From NCBI GenBank assembly GCA_963617165.1, contig CAVEOF010000003.1, forward strand, positions 11,070 through 75,069: 64,000 nt of DNA, written 5' to 3'. Position numbers and translations under genes: made by a program. The notes beneath the pieces were generated by a model, which was given only the letters and a program-made list of their open reading frames with translations, was not told the origin of the DNA and did no database searches. This DNA is from Coriobacteriaceae bacterium. Lineage in GTDB: Bacteria; Bacillota; Clostridia; Oscillospirales; CAG-272. Of this stretch, positions 8,201-15,927 are shown one piece after another (the first letter of the stretch is position 1; each line of letters begins with the position of its first letter).

Positions 8201-10980
8201 AGTCCCTCGCCCTTCACACTGCCCGAGTTCAGGTCGATGTGAATGCTTCCGTCTTCGGATATGTAGTAGCCGTTCTCCTTCCCGCTCTGCCGCTCCTCAA
8301 GGGTGGTTTCGTACACATAGACATTTGCGCCGAGCTTGGAGAGGATCTTCGCGAGGGCAAGTCCGCTCTTCTGCCTGTCGTTCAGCTTGCCGAATTTCGC
8401 ATCCGAGATCTTCCCGTCGACGACACGATGCTCGCCCTTGTAGACGGTATTCCCCTTGACGCTCGTCGGCGCCGTTTTCTTCGACGCGGCGTAGATCGCT
8501 TCGGTCTTGCCGAGGTTGTAGGCGGTCTTTCTCACGGCTTCCGTGAGCTTGGAGGTAAAGACACCCGAGGCAAGCTCGGAGGCATTCACGCCCTTCGCGC
8601 CGTACCAGTACGCGTCGCGGATGCCGAACGCGACGGAGATCATGCTCTTGCCGTCCGTCTCGAGCGCGTCCGCGAGCAGGGTATTCGCGGTATCGGCACC
8701 GACACCCATGTCGGCGATCACGGAATAGAGAACCGCCTCGCCTTTGGAGGAAAAGCTGATGTCCGAGGCGCGGACGGTCTCGCCGTTCTCGAGCTTCAGG
8801 GTAAGGTTGCCGTCCTCATTCGACACGACGGTGTCCCTTGCCGCGAGCGTGATCTTCTCGCCCGTTTTTGTGTTGATGGTTTCCCCGTCGTCGGTGAAGG
8901 AAAACTTCTCGGATAGGGATTTATCCATCTCCGACTTTTCGATCTTGCCCTCGAAATAATCGCGGATGATGCCTTCTCTGACCTCGGTATGATGCGCGTC
9001 CCGTTTGGCGATCTCCGAGCCTTCACCCTTCACGACCTTGTCGTACACCTTTTTCACCGAGGGATTCTTCATCGCCTTTTTGAGGTCAACCTCGCCGCCG
9101 TTATAGTCTTCGAGGAGGATCTCCGAGAGCTTCGCCGCCGCGCGCTTCGCCTTCTTCGCGCTCACGCCGTCCTCGGTCATTTGGTCGATCAGCGCCTTTT
9201 CGATGCTTCTGCGGTTGTTCTCGTTTTTCGCCTCGTTGATCTTCTGATCGAGGATGCCGACGTTCGTCGGGGTGGGCTTCTTTGCCACATTCTCGGCGTA
9301 CTTTCCGAGGGTCGAGTTTTCGCCGCTCTCCTTCGCGGTCTCGACGGCGAGGTTTTTCAGCGCGTCCACACCGCCGACATCTATGATGTTTTTGCCCTGT
9401 CGGTAGGTTCCGATGTCGTTCACCGTGTTGGAGACGAGATTCGTCGGCGCATTCATGACCGCCGCGGACAGTGCGCCGAGCGTGAAGCTGTACGCCAGTT
9501 CTTCGGCACTTGAAAAATCCCACTCGCCCGTGAAGATCGCATTGATCGCCGTAGAGCCGATGTCCTGAATGACCTCCTCGAGACCTTCCTGCACGGGGTC
9601 AATGACAAACTGATCGAAAAAGCGAAGAAGAGCGCGGGTGATCCCGTTCGCGGAAGACTGAAGACCTTTGACGAGCTTCGTCTTGCCGAGCGCCTTGCCT
9701 ACGAAATCGCCGCTCAGACCTCCGATCCTACCGAGGAAGTATTCGGACGCGCCTTCCCACACGCCGAGCACCGTGGACAATGCCCGCGCCTGCCCCTTGT
9801 TCATGCCGCTGTTCAGAAGCTCCTGATAGCTGTTTCCCGCGGCGGAAAGTCCCATCGCGGACACACCGACGATAGGACCTGCGGTGCCGCCCGTGACGGC
9901 GGAGAGAAGGATCGACGGGAACATATTGCCGATCGTGCTCGCCGTGTCATAACCGATCTGTCCGAGGGAGCTGCCGAGAAACTTGCCGCCCGTGTCCGCG
10001 AGATCCTCGCGCACGAGTCCCGCCGCGATCTGCATCGAGGTGGGCGCGATGGTATCGTCCCGCATGTTGAAGGCATTTTTGATCCCCTGTCCGAATTGGT
10101 CGATTCCCGCGCAAAATCCGAAGAGAAGCTCCTGCGCGGTGCTCCCTTCCACCTGACTGAAGATCTTTCCGCCTTCTCTCTCGGTGAGGACGCCGTCCAT
10201 ATTCTCGAGGAATTTCGCGGCGGTGCCCTGCTCGAGCTGTCCCGCGTTCTCCTTCGCCAAGAGGTAGTTATAGATGCTTGCCTCGTCGTCGTCCATGATG
10301 TTCGCGTATCGGTAGTCGCCCGTGATGTCCCCTCCGCCGCCTCTCACCTTCTGCGCCGTCTGCGTGCCGATGTTCGCGATATTGTCGCGGGAGAAGGTCA
10401 CGATGTTTTGGATCGGGGCGCCGTCTCTTCCGATACCGAAGAATTTGTGATCCTGCGCCTCTTCCCACGACGGGTTTTTGATGTTCGCTCCGAGTTTGGA
10501 ATAATACCCGAAGTCGTCGGCGGACATCATATCCTTCTTGTACTTGTCAAGATCGCGGGCGAACATGTATTTATCGTACGCGTCCGCGTTCGCAAACTGC
10601 GAATAGTAGCTCTGTATATCCCCGAAGCCGTTCAGGATGTCCGCGTAGGCTTGATAGGCGTCGGCGACGGACTTGACGGAGTCCTCCCCCTCGCCGTAGT
10701 CCGTGACGTACTGCTTCGCGGAGGAGAGCCGCGTGACGATCCCCGAGAGGCGCTTCTTCGTCTCCTCGAGAGAGCTTGCGTCCTTCCACCCGGCGTCGAG
10801 CTCGTTCAGCGCCTTGTTCAGATCCTCGAGATCGCGGTTCAGCGTGCCGTCGGTCAGGTCGCGATAGGTCTGATACTCGGAATAAGATCTCGTTTTTCTT
10901 CTTGTCTTTGTTTCCTTCTGCCCCGAAGACGAGTTTTTTTCAAGGTATTCGGAAAATGTTTTTGCTTTTTCCATCGTCAT
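2251..10980 (-). CDS. Giant (2,909 aa) multi-domain polyvalent virion/ejection-type protein: zincin metallopeptidase, H-Y-E ADP-ribosyltransferase-like domain, two MuF-C-like repeats, coiled coil, ~1000-aa C-terminal structural part.
   Basis: Single uninterrupted ORF with an AAGGGAG RBS. Motifs read directly from the translation (see domain features). Position is between virion proteins and the tail fibre. Confidence 0.8.
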   Translation of the reverse strand: MTMEKAKTFSEYLEKNSSSGQKETKTRRKTRSYSEYQTYRDLTDGTLNRDLEDLNKALNELDAGWKDASSLEETKKRLSGIVTRLSSAKQYVTDYGEGEDSVKSVADAYQAYADILNGFGDIQSYYSQFANADAYDKYMFARDLDKYKKDMMSADDFGYYSKLGANIKNPSWEEAQDHKFFGIGRDGAPIQNIVTFSRDNIANIGTQTAQKVRGGGGDITGDYRYANIMDDDEASIYNYLLAKENAGQLEQGTAAKFLENMDGVLTEREGGKIFSQVEGSTAQELLFGFCAGIDQFGQGIKNAFNMRDDTIAPTSMQIAAGLVREDLADTGGKFLGSSLGQIGYDTASTIGNMFPSILLSAVTGGTAGPIVGVSAMGLSAAGNSYQELLNSGMNKGQARALSTVLGVWEGASEYFLGRIGGLSGDFVGKALGKTKLVKGLQSSANGITRALLRFFDQFVIDPVQEGLEEVIQDIGSTAINAIFTGEWDFSSAEELAYSFTLGALSAAVMNAPTNLVSNTVNDIGTYRQGKNIIDVGGVDALKNLAVETAKESGENSTLGKYAENVAKKPTPTNVGILDQKINEAKNENNRRSIEKALIDQMTEDGVSAKKAKRAAAKLSEILLEDYNGGEVDLKKAMKNPSVKKVYDKVVKGEGSEIAKRDAHHTEVREGIIRDYFEGKIEKSEMDKSLSEKFSFTDDGETINTKTGEKITLAARDTVVSNEDGNLTLKLENGETVRASDISFSSKGEAVLYSVIADMGVGADTANTLLADALETDGKSMISVAFGIRDAYWYGAKGVNASELASGVFTSKLTEAVRKTAYNLGKTEAIYAASKKTAPTSVKGNTVYKGEHRVVDGKISDAKFGKLNDRQKSGLALAKILSKLGANVYVYETTLEERQSGKENGYYISEDGSIHIDLNSGSVKGEGLVAYTVTHEFVHFIEDFSPEKFKKYADILFEELGMDQKSVSSMLTEEILRLREQEKYKNLGESKLRDIAYSEVVAKCSEKIFTDTDALSRVADRLAKTDRTLLQKIVDFFKIIISRLRGDYGGQSANSLLGDIAADTLTRVEAIRDIFADAAVDALQNFRKAESNIKSTAAASIQYSDRSFSSQVDDVLSGADTNSTHLKLSGTPKLLLDAGLPRLPILMTAKHLKKIVSAGGHGIDVDVVKKLPEYISSPVMIADSFTRTDSIVIVTEAIDSENRPVIAAIMLNGVGRWNKAHISANIMTSAYGRNNFQSFLNRLAESESVLYWDKKKSQDLSVSLGVQFPNAITNLDSNTIIRKARAFVNSKNTEFSETLKRRSTQVSELKADNADSYNKNASEGSIHKNSEKVNRESEKSFSEKQSDRYTYDSLVSKPDMKITVLEDTVPKNRADVISAAKKNAAKIGKFNTKDGSVSVYVDDIGTDVVLSTQGLKHGLDRRFAAYARVTLAAGEILKNAIQINELVPSKAEAASSYVLIGTATAKNGEMYAVRFVVNRFSNELASMDVLYAINAKKENPLRSVRPGIQPPVTDSTISIAQLLEYVNRYFPDVLPEDVLKHYGYDARPEGEIGKSALYSPRNSEGESLSREQQAFFKDSKIRDEDGNLLVVYHGTSEKFTVFDRAKGRANMDIQGSFFSPWEIDAGGYGENVGAYYLNIKNPASESEAYRALKKFQGQNNAGVKAREYLESLGYDGVNNGGEEYIAFDSNQIKRMDNLKPTADPDIRYSERSFSSQIDDVLAGRHDPNYDLYVGKTPQVLLDIGFENKPLLMRNSKVKEILSKHSEMSAELIKKIPQAIADPVMIVKSKTNPAESVVAITDIQTSKGEMIIPVWINQDGTYLDVELGDSIRLNTNFVASAYGRSTKSLVEYAIENDEVLYYSKDKKRVSTLLATHGLQLPARLSTTNFTNIISETSENVNRESEKSFSKLSEREDLSNRTLLANALGTVAKNETERQKLNEYKTKIGLMEQEEERLSRTRAKIKELSFAKGARDTEKIRSLQSTASEIEARITKYDRQLFRLEASEALRNVLSREVAKAKRAEAKKYVESLNEYRQKTAETVNEIVRKNRESRKNAIEGRNRTAARGEVKKIVAELNAYLAKNKVLIGMQKVVAEALDAINMDTVGADARVAKYDELIKKTTDPEMLEELTKTRNRIAAQGESMQGKLQKLKAAYADIINSDDPLIANSHDEVIEGKLDDVIRKVGDTAIRDMTMAQLEAVYDLYKMILTSVRQANKAFHLDKAKTIEWYASEVMTQAEKTHGKRGKVSKLWEYITKNFGWDNLKPIYAMRMIGSDTLTELYKNVREGQSVWYKDFAAARDFLREQKKAYGVSKWDYAKKYTFTSESGKTFDMTLEQILSLYAYSKRPQAIDHLTKGGIVFDDAIEVVEKNKLGIPMKYTVNDKSAYRLSEATIAEILNTLTEEQKAYADIMQAYLSEVMGEKGNEVALAMYGVKLFKEKNYFPLKSSGQFLYTENEVKGEAKIKNAGFTKSTAPRANNPIIMSNFTDVWVGHCNEMSMYHAFTLPLEDFNRVWQYKARGEGEDVSVRTTLANTCGDAANTYIKDLLVELNGGVRVKDAGVLDKLTGLAKKGAVFMSASVTIQQPSAICRAMAYISPWYFIKTSLKQLNFKKHAETWEECKKYAPVAGIKEMGYFDTGMGRSSLEWAKSEEYEGFRNKLKAFFKDGSYRDDVLSRAPALADEITWCHIWNATKAWVADTTKLVGEELLTEAGKRFTDVIDLTQVYDSVLSRSANMRNKNSLMKMATAFMAEPTTTANMMLDAFVNGKRTGGAKGAGIVAKTGGAVLASIVLNSLLKAVVYAWRDDDDEKSYLEKYGESALDSFLDDIMPFNYIPVLRDIVSLFQGYDVSRLDMSLFKDLIRALQSIDSSRKSPYRKVSDIIGALAKFFGLPIKNIDRDLRPLIRKIFGAF
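5375..5865 (-). other. MuF-C-terminal-like domain, copy 2
   Basis: RYSERSFSSQIDDVLAG...KPLLMRNSKVKEIL...ADPVMIVKS...FVASAYGRSTK...VLYYSKDKK. Collinear with copy 1. Confidence 0.5.
5890..6245 (-). other. ADP-ribosyltransferase-like domain (H-Y-E type)
   Basis: LLVVYHGTSEKFTVFD ... GSFFSP ... VGAYYLNIK ... GGEEYIAFDSNQIK. The order H / Y-Y / E fits the PARP/diphtheria-toxin-class triad. Confidence 0.55.
6480..6945 (-). other. Conserved but unassigned domain of the giant protein
   Basis: YTYDSLVSKPDMKITVLED...STQGLKHGLDRRF...YVLIGTATAKNGEMYAVRFVVNRF...LYAINAKKE. Resembles modules seen in phage/ICE polyvalent proteins. No family call made. Confidence 0.35.
7200..7680 (-). other. MuF-C-terminal-like domain, copy 1 (about 165 aa)
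   Basis: QYSDRSFSSQVDDVLSG...LPILMTAKHLKKIV...SSPVMIADS...IMTSAYGRNNF...VLYWDKKK. Family name is from memory of the Pfam MuF_C pattern and is unverified. Confidence 0.5.
7980..8640 (-). other. Zincin-type metallopeptidase domain of the giant protein
   Basis: HEXXH motif in LVAYTVTHEFVHFIEDFSPEKF; HEFVH is encoded at 8167..8181. Domain limits are approximate. Confidence 0.6.
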
Positions 10981-11022
10981 GCTCCCTTTTATCTTTTCCG
11001 GAAATTGCCCCGTTTCTTGTGA

Positions 11023-12204
11023 TCATTTAAGCAAAAGCTTTTTTCTGCTGAGTTCATTGCTCCCCCCGTGTCTGACGCCGCCCTGAAGGTCATCGCTGCG
11101 GGGATCAATGCCGGTGCCGCTGCTTGCTGCGCGTTTGAAAGTATACTGTCCGCTCTTCTTTTCGCTACTGCTGCCGCTGCTACTCTGACTGCTTTTTCCG
11201 AGATTGCCCTGTTGCTTGTTATAGGACTCTCCCTCTTTCAGATTTGTGAGAGCCATCCGTATCTCTTCGGGGAGTTCTTCTATTCTGTACACATTGCCGT
11301 ACTGATCCGTCACCTCATCGTCTGCGTCGACACCTTTTCCCCAGTTGAACAGTCCGTTATCGGTATCCTTCGTTTTGGTGTAGGTTCTAATAGCAAGACC
11401 TTGCTGAATGTTATTGTCTTTGATATAGGCGAACATCTTGTCGGTATCGTAATCCTCAAACGAAGCGACGTATCGGTTCAGTGCATATTCTCCGCCTTCT
11501 TCATACGCTTTCGCCGCATTCAGAAGCATTTCCGAGGTCGGCGTTTTGAGCGAGGAGCTTGTGGGAAGCACCTCGTTGCCGTCGGTATCCTTCGTGACGC
11601 CGAGCTGAAGCTTATCCATCGCCATCTGATAGGCGTCGGTGTACATTCCGTAGTCATACGCCCGCTCCGTGTTGTATGCGTTCTCCGCATACTCTCGGTC
11701 GGTATTCCAACGGCTGACGGCGTCCTGCCATTCCCCATAGGCGGTGTCGTACTTATCCTTTTCGAGACCGTAGCGGGTGAGCAGATCCTGCCCCTCCTGA
11801 TTGTACTTGTCGAGGGCGAGCTGATAAAGCTCGGGCACCTTATCGTTCAGTCCCTGAAGATACCCCTGATAGGTCTGCTGACCGACCGTCGCGGCATAGG
11901 AATTCCCGTACCCGCCCGTCAGAGCGGATGCCTGTCCCATGGCGTCCATCATTGCCTGCTTGCCCTGCGTGATGTAGCGATCCTTGTACTGCTGATAGAG
12001 CATGTCCCCGTTGATGTCGTAGGAGAATTTCCCGCGGTTGTTGTACGCGTCGAGCGCGGACTGCACGGGGGCATAATTCGTGCTCTTGTCGAAGTCCTCC
12101 GGCTTTCTGCCCAAGATCTCGGACAGATCGGACTCGAGTTTCTTCGTCTTCTCGCTCGGGGTATATTCCCCCCTGTCCCAATAATCCTTGAAAGATATTG
12201 TCAT
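11023..12204 (-). CDS. Virion-associated protein of unknown function (393 aa; Tyr/Asp/Gln-rich with a Ser-rich tail)
   Basis: ORF in the late operon. Its start overlaps the upstream stop (TAATG). No recognisable enzymatic motif. Confidence 0.6.
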   Translation of the reverse strand: MTISFKDYWDRGEYTPSEKTKKLESDLSEILGRKPEDFDKSTNYAPVQSALDAYNNRGKFSYDINGDMLYQQYKDRYITQGKQAMMDAMGQASALTGGYGNSYAATVGQQTYQGYLQGLNDKVPELYQLALDKYNQEGQDLLTRYGLEKDKYDTAYGEWQDAVSRWNTDREYAENAYNTERAYDYGMYTDAYQMAMDKLQLGVTKDTDGNEVLPTSSSLKTPTSEMLLNAAKAYEEGGEYALNRYVASFEDYDTDKMFAYIKDNNIQQGLAIRTYTKTKDTDNGLFNWGKGVDADDEVTDQYGNVYRIEELPEEIRMALTNLKEGESYNKQQGNLGKSSQSSSGSSSEKKSGQYTFKRAASSGTGIDPRSDDLQGGVRHGGSNELSRKKLLLK

Positions 12205-12425
12205 TACGGCGCCTCCTCTCCCTTGCCGATTTCTGTTTCATACGCCGCCGCTTCCGCTCTCGCCTGCTCCTCGGCGGACGCTTTCAGCTGTAACCAGTAG
12301 TTACAGACGATCGGCTCGATGATGCAGGCGGGAAGACCGCTCCGCGCGATGGCGCTCTCGATCTCTGTCTTCAGCTCGCGCATTGCCATCGTCAAGGGTT
12401 TTGTGGGTTTCGTTTTTTCTTTCAT
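12204..12425 (-). CDS. Small late protein (73 aa)
   Basis: Internal start MKEKTKPTKP with AAGGAG upstream. The upstream 14 codons of the listed ORF lack an RBS. Confidence 0.5.
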   Translation of the reverse strand: MKEKTKPTKPLTMAMRELKTEIESAIARSGLPACIIEPIVCNYWLQLKASAEEQARAEAAAYETEIGKGEEAP

Positions 12426-12463
12426 TTCCGTGCTCCTTTTTCTTTCATTTCGTGATGGAAAAA

Positions 12464-13642
12464 TCAAATCGCTATTTCTCCGCCGCCCGAAGATGTGGCG
12501 ATGTCATACGAGCGGAATTCATACAGATAGTTAACATTCGTATTGTTGGACGAGAACAGGCGGTACACGATTCCGCTACCGTCCGACAGAAAATAGGTGA
12601 ACATATACCCTTTGGCAGAAGAAACCATTCCCCCGCCCGTTGTTGTCCCCTTGTAAGTTCCTCGAATTCCTGAAGAGGAATGAATGTTATCGTCTTCAAC
12701 GATGAAACCGCCGATGCGAACGGAGTCATCCGTTTTGTTTGCGTAAAATTTGCCCGGTACTTCGAGCGATGCGGCAGTAACATCGAGTGTGTTGATATAG
12801 TCGGTGGTAACCGTACCGCTTATGATTGTAGCGACGCCAAGAGTGTCCACATCGATATGCGAAGCGGTCAGTTTTCCATCGATGTTGGCGTCGGTGATCT
12901 TCAGCACACCGTCCTCGATGAGACACCCGCCGATCTCGCCCTCCCTCGCCGTGATGTTGCCCGTGATATTCGCGTCGTGTGCCTCGAGGGTTCCGTCGGG
13001 AAAATAGATCTTTTGCGGCGTGATATGGGCAAGCTCTTTGTCATTCCCCCAAAAGGAAATTCTATCCGCCGTGAAGGTGGTCGCAAGGTTCCGTCGGTCG
13101 ATCAACCTGTGACCGCCCGCGTCCGTCGTGGCGTTCAGAAGACCGACCCCGACGCCGTAGACGGGTTGCGAGCCGTCGTAGTAGAGCAGTCCCGTTTTGA
13201 TATAGGACTTATTCTCCACATCGCGGTCGGCATAGTCGCTCCGCAGGTTGGAGGTGTAGGAATACAGCTGTGTGATCCCGGTCGAGTTTGCTTCGAGCGT
13301 CGCTTTTGTTTCCTCTTTGTAGGTGCCGAAAACGGAGTTCGCAAGATAACTGCCCCCGAGTTCCACGCTTATCTTATCCGTCAGGGACTCGATAAAGTCC
13401 GCCGACTTGATAATCATAGACTTGATCGAGGCGTATGCCCCCTCGAGCTTTTCCTCCTCGCTTTGCGTGACGGACGGGGCGGACGTAGCAGAGCCTGTCA
13501 CTCCCGTCGCGTGCACCGCGCCCTCGATGGTATTCATCGAGAAATTCAGCTGCTCCGTCAGCCGATAGATGTATCTTGTCAATTGGGCGATCTTCTCGGT
13601 GTCCGAGCCTGTGATGCTCGGGAGTCTGAAATCAAAGCTCAT
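12464..13642 (-). CDS. Tail fibre/needle-like structural protein (392 aa)
   Basis: Repetitive beta-rich C-terminal half (ANITGNITAREGEIGG, ITDANIDGKLTASHIDVD), typical of phage fibres. ATGA overlap with the upstream gene. Confidence 0.55.
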   Translation of the reverse strand: MSFDFRLPSITGSDTEKIAQLTRYIYRLTEQLNFSMNTIEGAVHATGVTGSATSAPSVTQSEEEKLEGAYASIKSMIIKSADFIESLTDKISVELGGSYLANSVFGTYKEETKATLEANSTGITQLYSYTSNLRSDYADRDVENKSYIKTGLLYYDGSQPVYGVGVGLLNATTDAGGHRLIDRRNLATTFTADRISFWGNDKELAHITPQKIYFPDGTLEAHDANITGNITAREGEIGGCLIEDGVLKITDANIDGKLTASHIDVDTLGVATIISGTVTTDYINTLDVTAASLEVPGKFYANKTDDSVRIGGFIVEDDNIHSSSGIRGTYKGTTTGGGMVSSAKGYMFTYFLSDGSGIVYRLFSSNNTNVNYLYEFRSYDIATSSGGGEIAI

Positions 13643-15390
13643 CGTGTATCACTCCCTTGCTCGACGGTCTTCGTGATCGAGTAGATCTTCGCGTCCCCCT
13701 TGCCCTCGATGCGCAGGCGGAAATGGTCGCATCGGCGCGGCAGGATCGGCATAGCGAAGCTGTAAAGGCTCGCCGCCGTGCGCGTGCAGATGTGCTCCCA
13801 CTCGCCCATCGAATCGTACTGAATGAAAAACGAAACGGTAGAGCCGAGGTCGAGAGACATACGCACGTTCAGAGCGGAGATATACTTTCTGTCGGGGTAT
13901 TCCGCGCTGACGATGCCCGTCTCCGCCATCCACTCGACGCGTTTTTCTTCCGTTCTGCCTCCGATTATCGTGTAGATTCCGCTTTTTCCGTGTTCGATAT
14001 AACAGAGATCGTTCCGACAGGAGCAGAAGGCGTCGACCTGCGTGTTGTCCTCCTTGTGCCAAAGTCCCCGCGCGACGTCGAAGACGAAGAGCGTAAAGAC
14101 GCCGCTCTCGTCCTTCATCGAGACGTAGTATTTGTTCCCGTGCGCGCAGGCGACGGCGTTGCTGTAATTCACCTCACCGAGCGCGGAGGAGATCTCCGAC
14201 GGAAGGGAGCCGTCGTAGGCACAGATGCCCGTCTTCGCCTTATAAAAGAGCGTCTCGTTCACCATGGCGAGGCTCTTCCCGCTCCCCTTTTCCACGCCGC
14301 GGCAGGCGGTGGTCTGGATCTGATAATTCGCGGGATAACTCCCGTACACCTTGTGCACGAAATTCTCCTTGAAGAAGTGCGGATATCCGAGATAGGCGAA
14401 CGCACCCGTAAAAGCGCCGTCCGTGCCGACGCTCGCGACGTAGCTGTCGGTCGAGAGTCCCATGAAGCAATTCCAGTTTTTGAAATCCCCCTGCTTCGAG
14501 GCATAGATCTCGTTGACGGGCTTCCCGTCCGCAAGACCGTAGCGGCACCCCCACAGGCGGTTCCCCGACTCGATGATGAGATCCATCTCGGGCATCTTCC
14601 GCGCCACCGTCACGGACGTCTTGACGCTTTCCGTCTTGTCGAGCATCCCGAGGATCACGAGATAGTCGTCTCCCCGCTCCCATACGATAAAGGAGCCGTC
14701 GATCGCGGCGAGATCCGTGTTTTCCGTATTTCCCTTGAGTCCCGAGATCGTGACGCCGTCATATTGCGAAAAGGGCTTTCCGATGCCGGGCGCACCGATC
14801 TTGATATAGGTCGTCGCGACGGAGACCCACATCTCGCTTTTCTCGGAGTATTGCTTCAGGGTATGGGGTTTTGTCGATGTGTCGATCCAATATTGCTTGT
14901 CCGTCGGGGTCTCGGGTTCCTCCGTGCCGATGCTCTCGGCATAGGCGCTTCCGTCGAGCTTGCAGAGCGAAAAGGTGACCTCCGTCTCCTTCGCCGTCGT
15001 CACGCTCGCCTCTATGCTTCCGTAGTCGGTCGTATTTGTCGAATTGACATACTTTTTGTCGGGCAGAATGATGATATAGGCGCCCATGGAGACGAGCGTC
15101 TTCTCGGTGTAGGGGTCGAGCGTCAGCCCTTCCACCGCGTGCTCACCGATATACAGTGTCGTGCCGCCGACATAGCAGAGCGCGTCCTTTGCGAGAAGAC
15201 CGCGCGGCTTCTCCGCCCGGTTATAAATCCCCCGCTTCCCTCGCGGAGAGAGGAGCGGATAGTAAGCGGAGGTGAGGTTTTTCATATCGTAAAACTCGCC
15301 GTCCCCGATGCGGAGATTGTGGTTGTATCCCGCGAAGATCTCCGTCACCGTCCGCGACGCGGCGAGTACGTTCATTTTGGGAAGTCTCAT
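13639..15390 (-). CDS. Large virion protein (583 aa), possible tail hub/nozzle with propeller-like repeats
   Basis: Position after the capsid/connector genes. Repeated YxG...Y strands. No family confidently recognised. Confidence 0.5.
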   Translation of the reverse strand: MRLPKMNVLAASRTVTEIFAGYNHNLRIGDGEFYDMKNLTSAYYPLLSPRGKRGIYNRAEKPRGLLAKDALCYVGGTTLYIGEHAVEGLTLDPYTEKTLVSMGAYIIILPDKKYVNSTNTTDYGSIEASVTTAKETEVTFSLCKLDGSAYAESIGTEEPETPTDKQYWIDTSTKPHTLKQYSEKSEMWVSVATTYIKIGAPGIGKPFSQYDGVTISGLKGNTENTDLAAIDGSFIVWERGDDYLVILGMLDKTESVKTSVTVARKMPEMDLIIESGNRLWGCRYGLADGKPVNEIYASKQGDFKNWNCFMGLSTDSYVASVGTDGAFTGAFAYLGYPHFFKENFVHKVYGSYPANYQIQTTACRGVEKGSGKSLAMVNETLFYKAKTGICAYDGSLPSEISSALGEVNYSNAVACAHGNKYYVSMKDESGVFTLFVFDVARGLWHKEDNTQVDAFCSCRNDLCYIEHGKSGIYTIIGGRTEEKRVEWMAETGIVSAEYPDRKYISALNVRMSLDLGSTVSFFIQYDSMGEWEHICTRTAASLYSFAMPILPRRCDHFRLRIEGKGDAKIYSITKTVEQGSDTR

Positions 15391-15409
15391 GTTCTCCCCC
15401 CCTTCCGTA

Positions 15410-15435
15410 GAATTCAGAATTAAGAATTAAGAATT
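15410..15435. repeat. Left arm of a 26-bp perfect inverted repeat built from 7-nt AT-rich units (GAATTCA GAATTAA GAATTAA GAATT)
   Basis: Exact reverse complement of 15844..15869. The 7-nt tandem tract extends to 15445. Confidence 0.9.
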
Positions 15436-15446
15436 ATGAATTATGT

Positions 15447-15815
15447 TTAGTGAAATCTGATCTTTGTGCCTTTCGGCATGTGGGTTCTGTGGTACTGCCC
15501 GGAAAATGCCGTATACGCGGAATTGAACGCGGCGGCACTGTTGTTGTATTTGTCGTACTCGTTGTTTGCGTAGTCGATCTGCGCCTCGAGCCATTTGACA
15601 TAGATGTCGTCATACGGGGGCGGGACGAGAAGCACCGCGCCGAGATCTTCCTCCCCGTAGCCGACGAAAGGGGCGTTCTCCCCGCCCTCGTGGGTATCGA
15701 CGACCTCCGTGCGGATCATTCCGTCGAGTTTGGACAGCCATCCGAGCTTCGTCTCTTGCGCGAAGTTATTCGGCTTGATGTCGTCGGTATAATTGATCGC
15801 TTCGATAACGGTCAT
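15447..15815 (-). CDS. Small late protein (122 aa), possible head-tail adaptor. The gene is bracketed by the inverted repeats.
   Basis: ORF with an AAGGAG RBS. Function inferred from position only. Confidence 0.55.
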   Translation of the reverse strand: MTVIEAINYTDDIKPNNFAQETKLGWLSKLDGMIRTEVVDTHEGGENAPFVGYGEEDLGAVLLVPPPYDDIYVKWLEAQIDYANNEYDKYNNSAAAFNSAYTAFSGQYHRTHMPKGTKIRFH

Positions 15816-15843
15816 AAGTATCTCCTTGCAAAAACGAATTCAC

Positions 15844-15869
15844 AATTCTTAATTCTTAATTCTGAATTC
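15844..15869. repeat. Right arm of the 26-bp perfect inverted repeat
   Basis: AATTCTTAATTCTTAATTCTGAATTC is the reverse complement of 15410..15435. The tract extends to 15876. Confidence 0.9.
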
Positions 15870-15927
15870 TGAATTCGGTCTCTGTTTTTTAGCCAAACGG
15901 GGGCAATCTCTCGCCCCCGTTTTCTGC

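Noticed and set aside
2251-10980. Giant ORF interpreted as a siphovirus tape measure protein
   Set aside because: This reading is not favoured. No tail tube, tail chaperone (frameshift pair), Dit or Tal genes surround it. It also carries enzymatic modules typical of polyvalent or ejection proteins. A TMP-like role for the Gly/Ala-rich and C-terminal parts cannot be fully excluded without profile searches.
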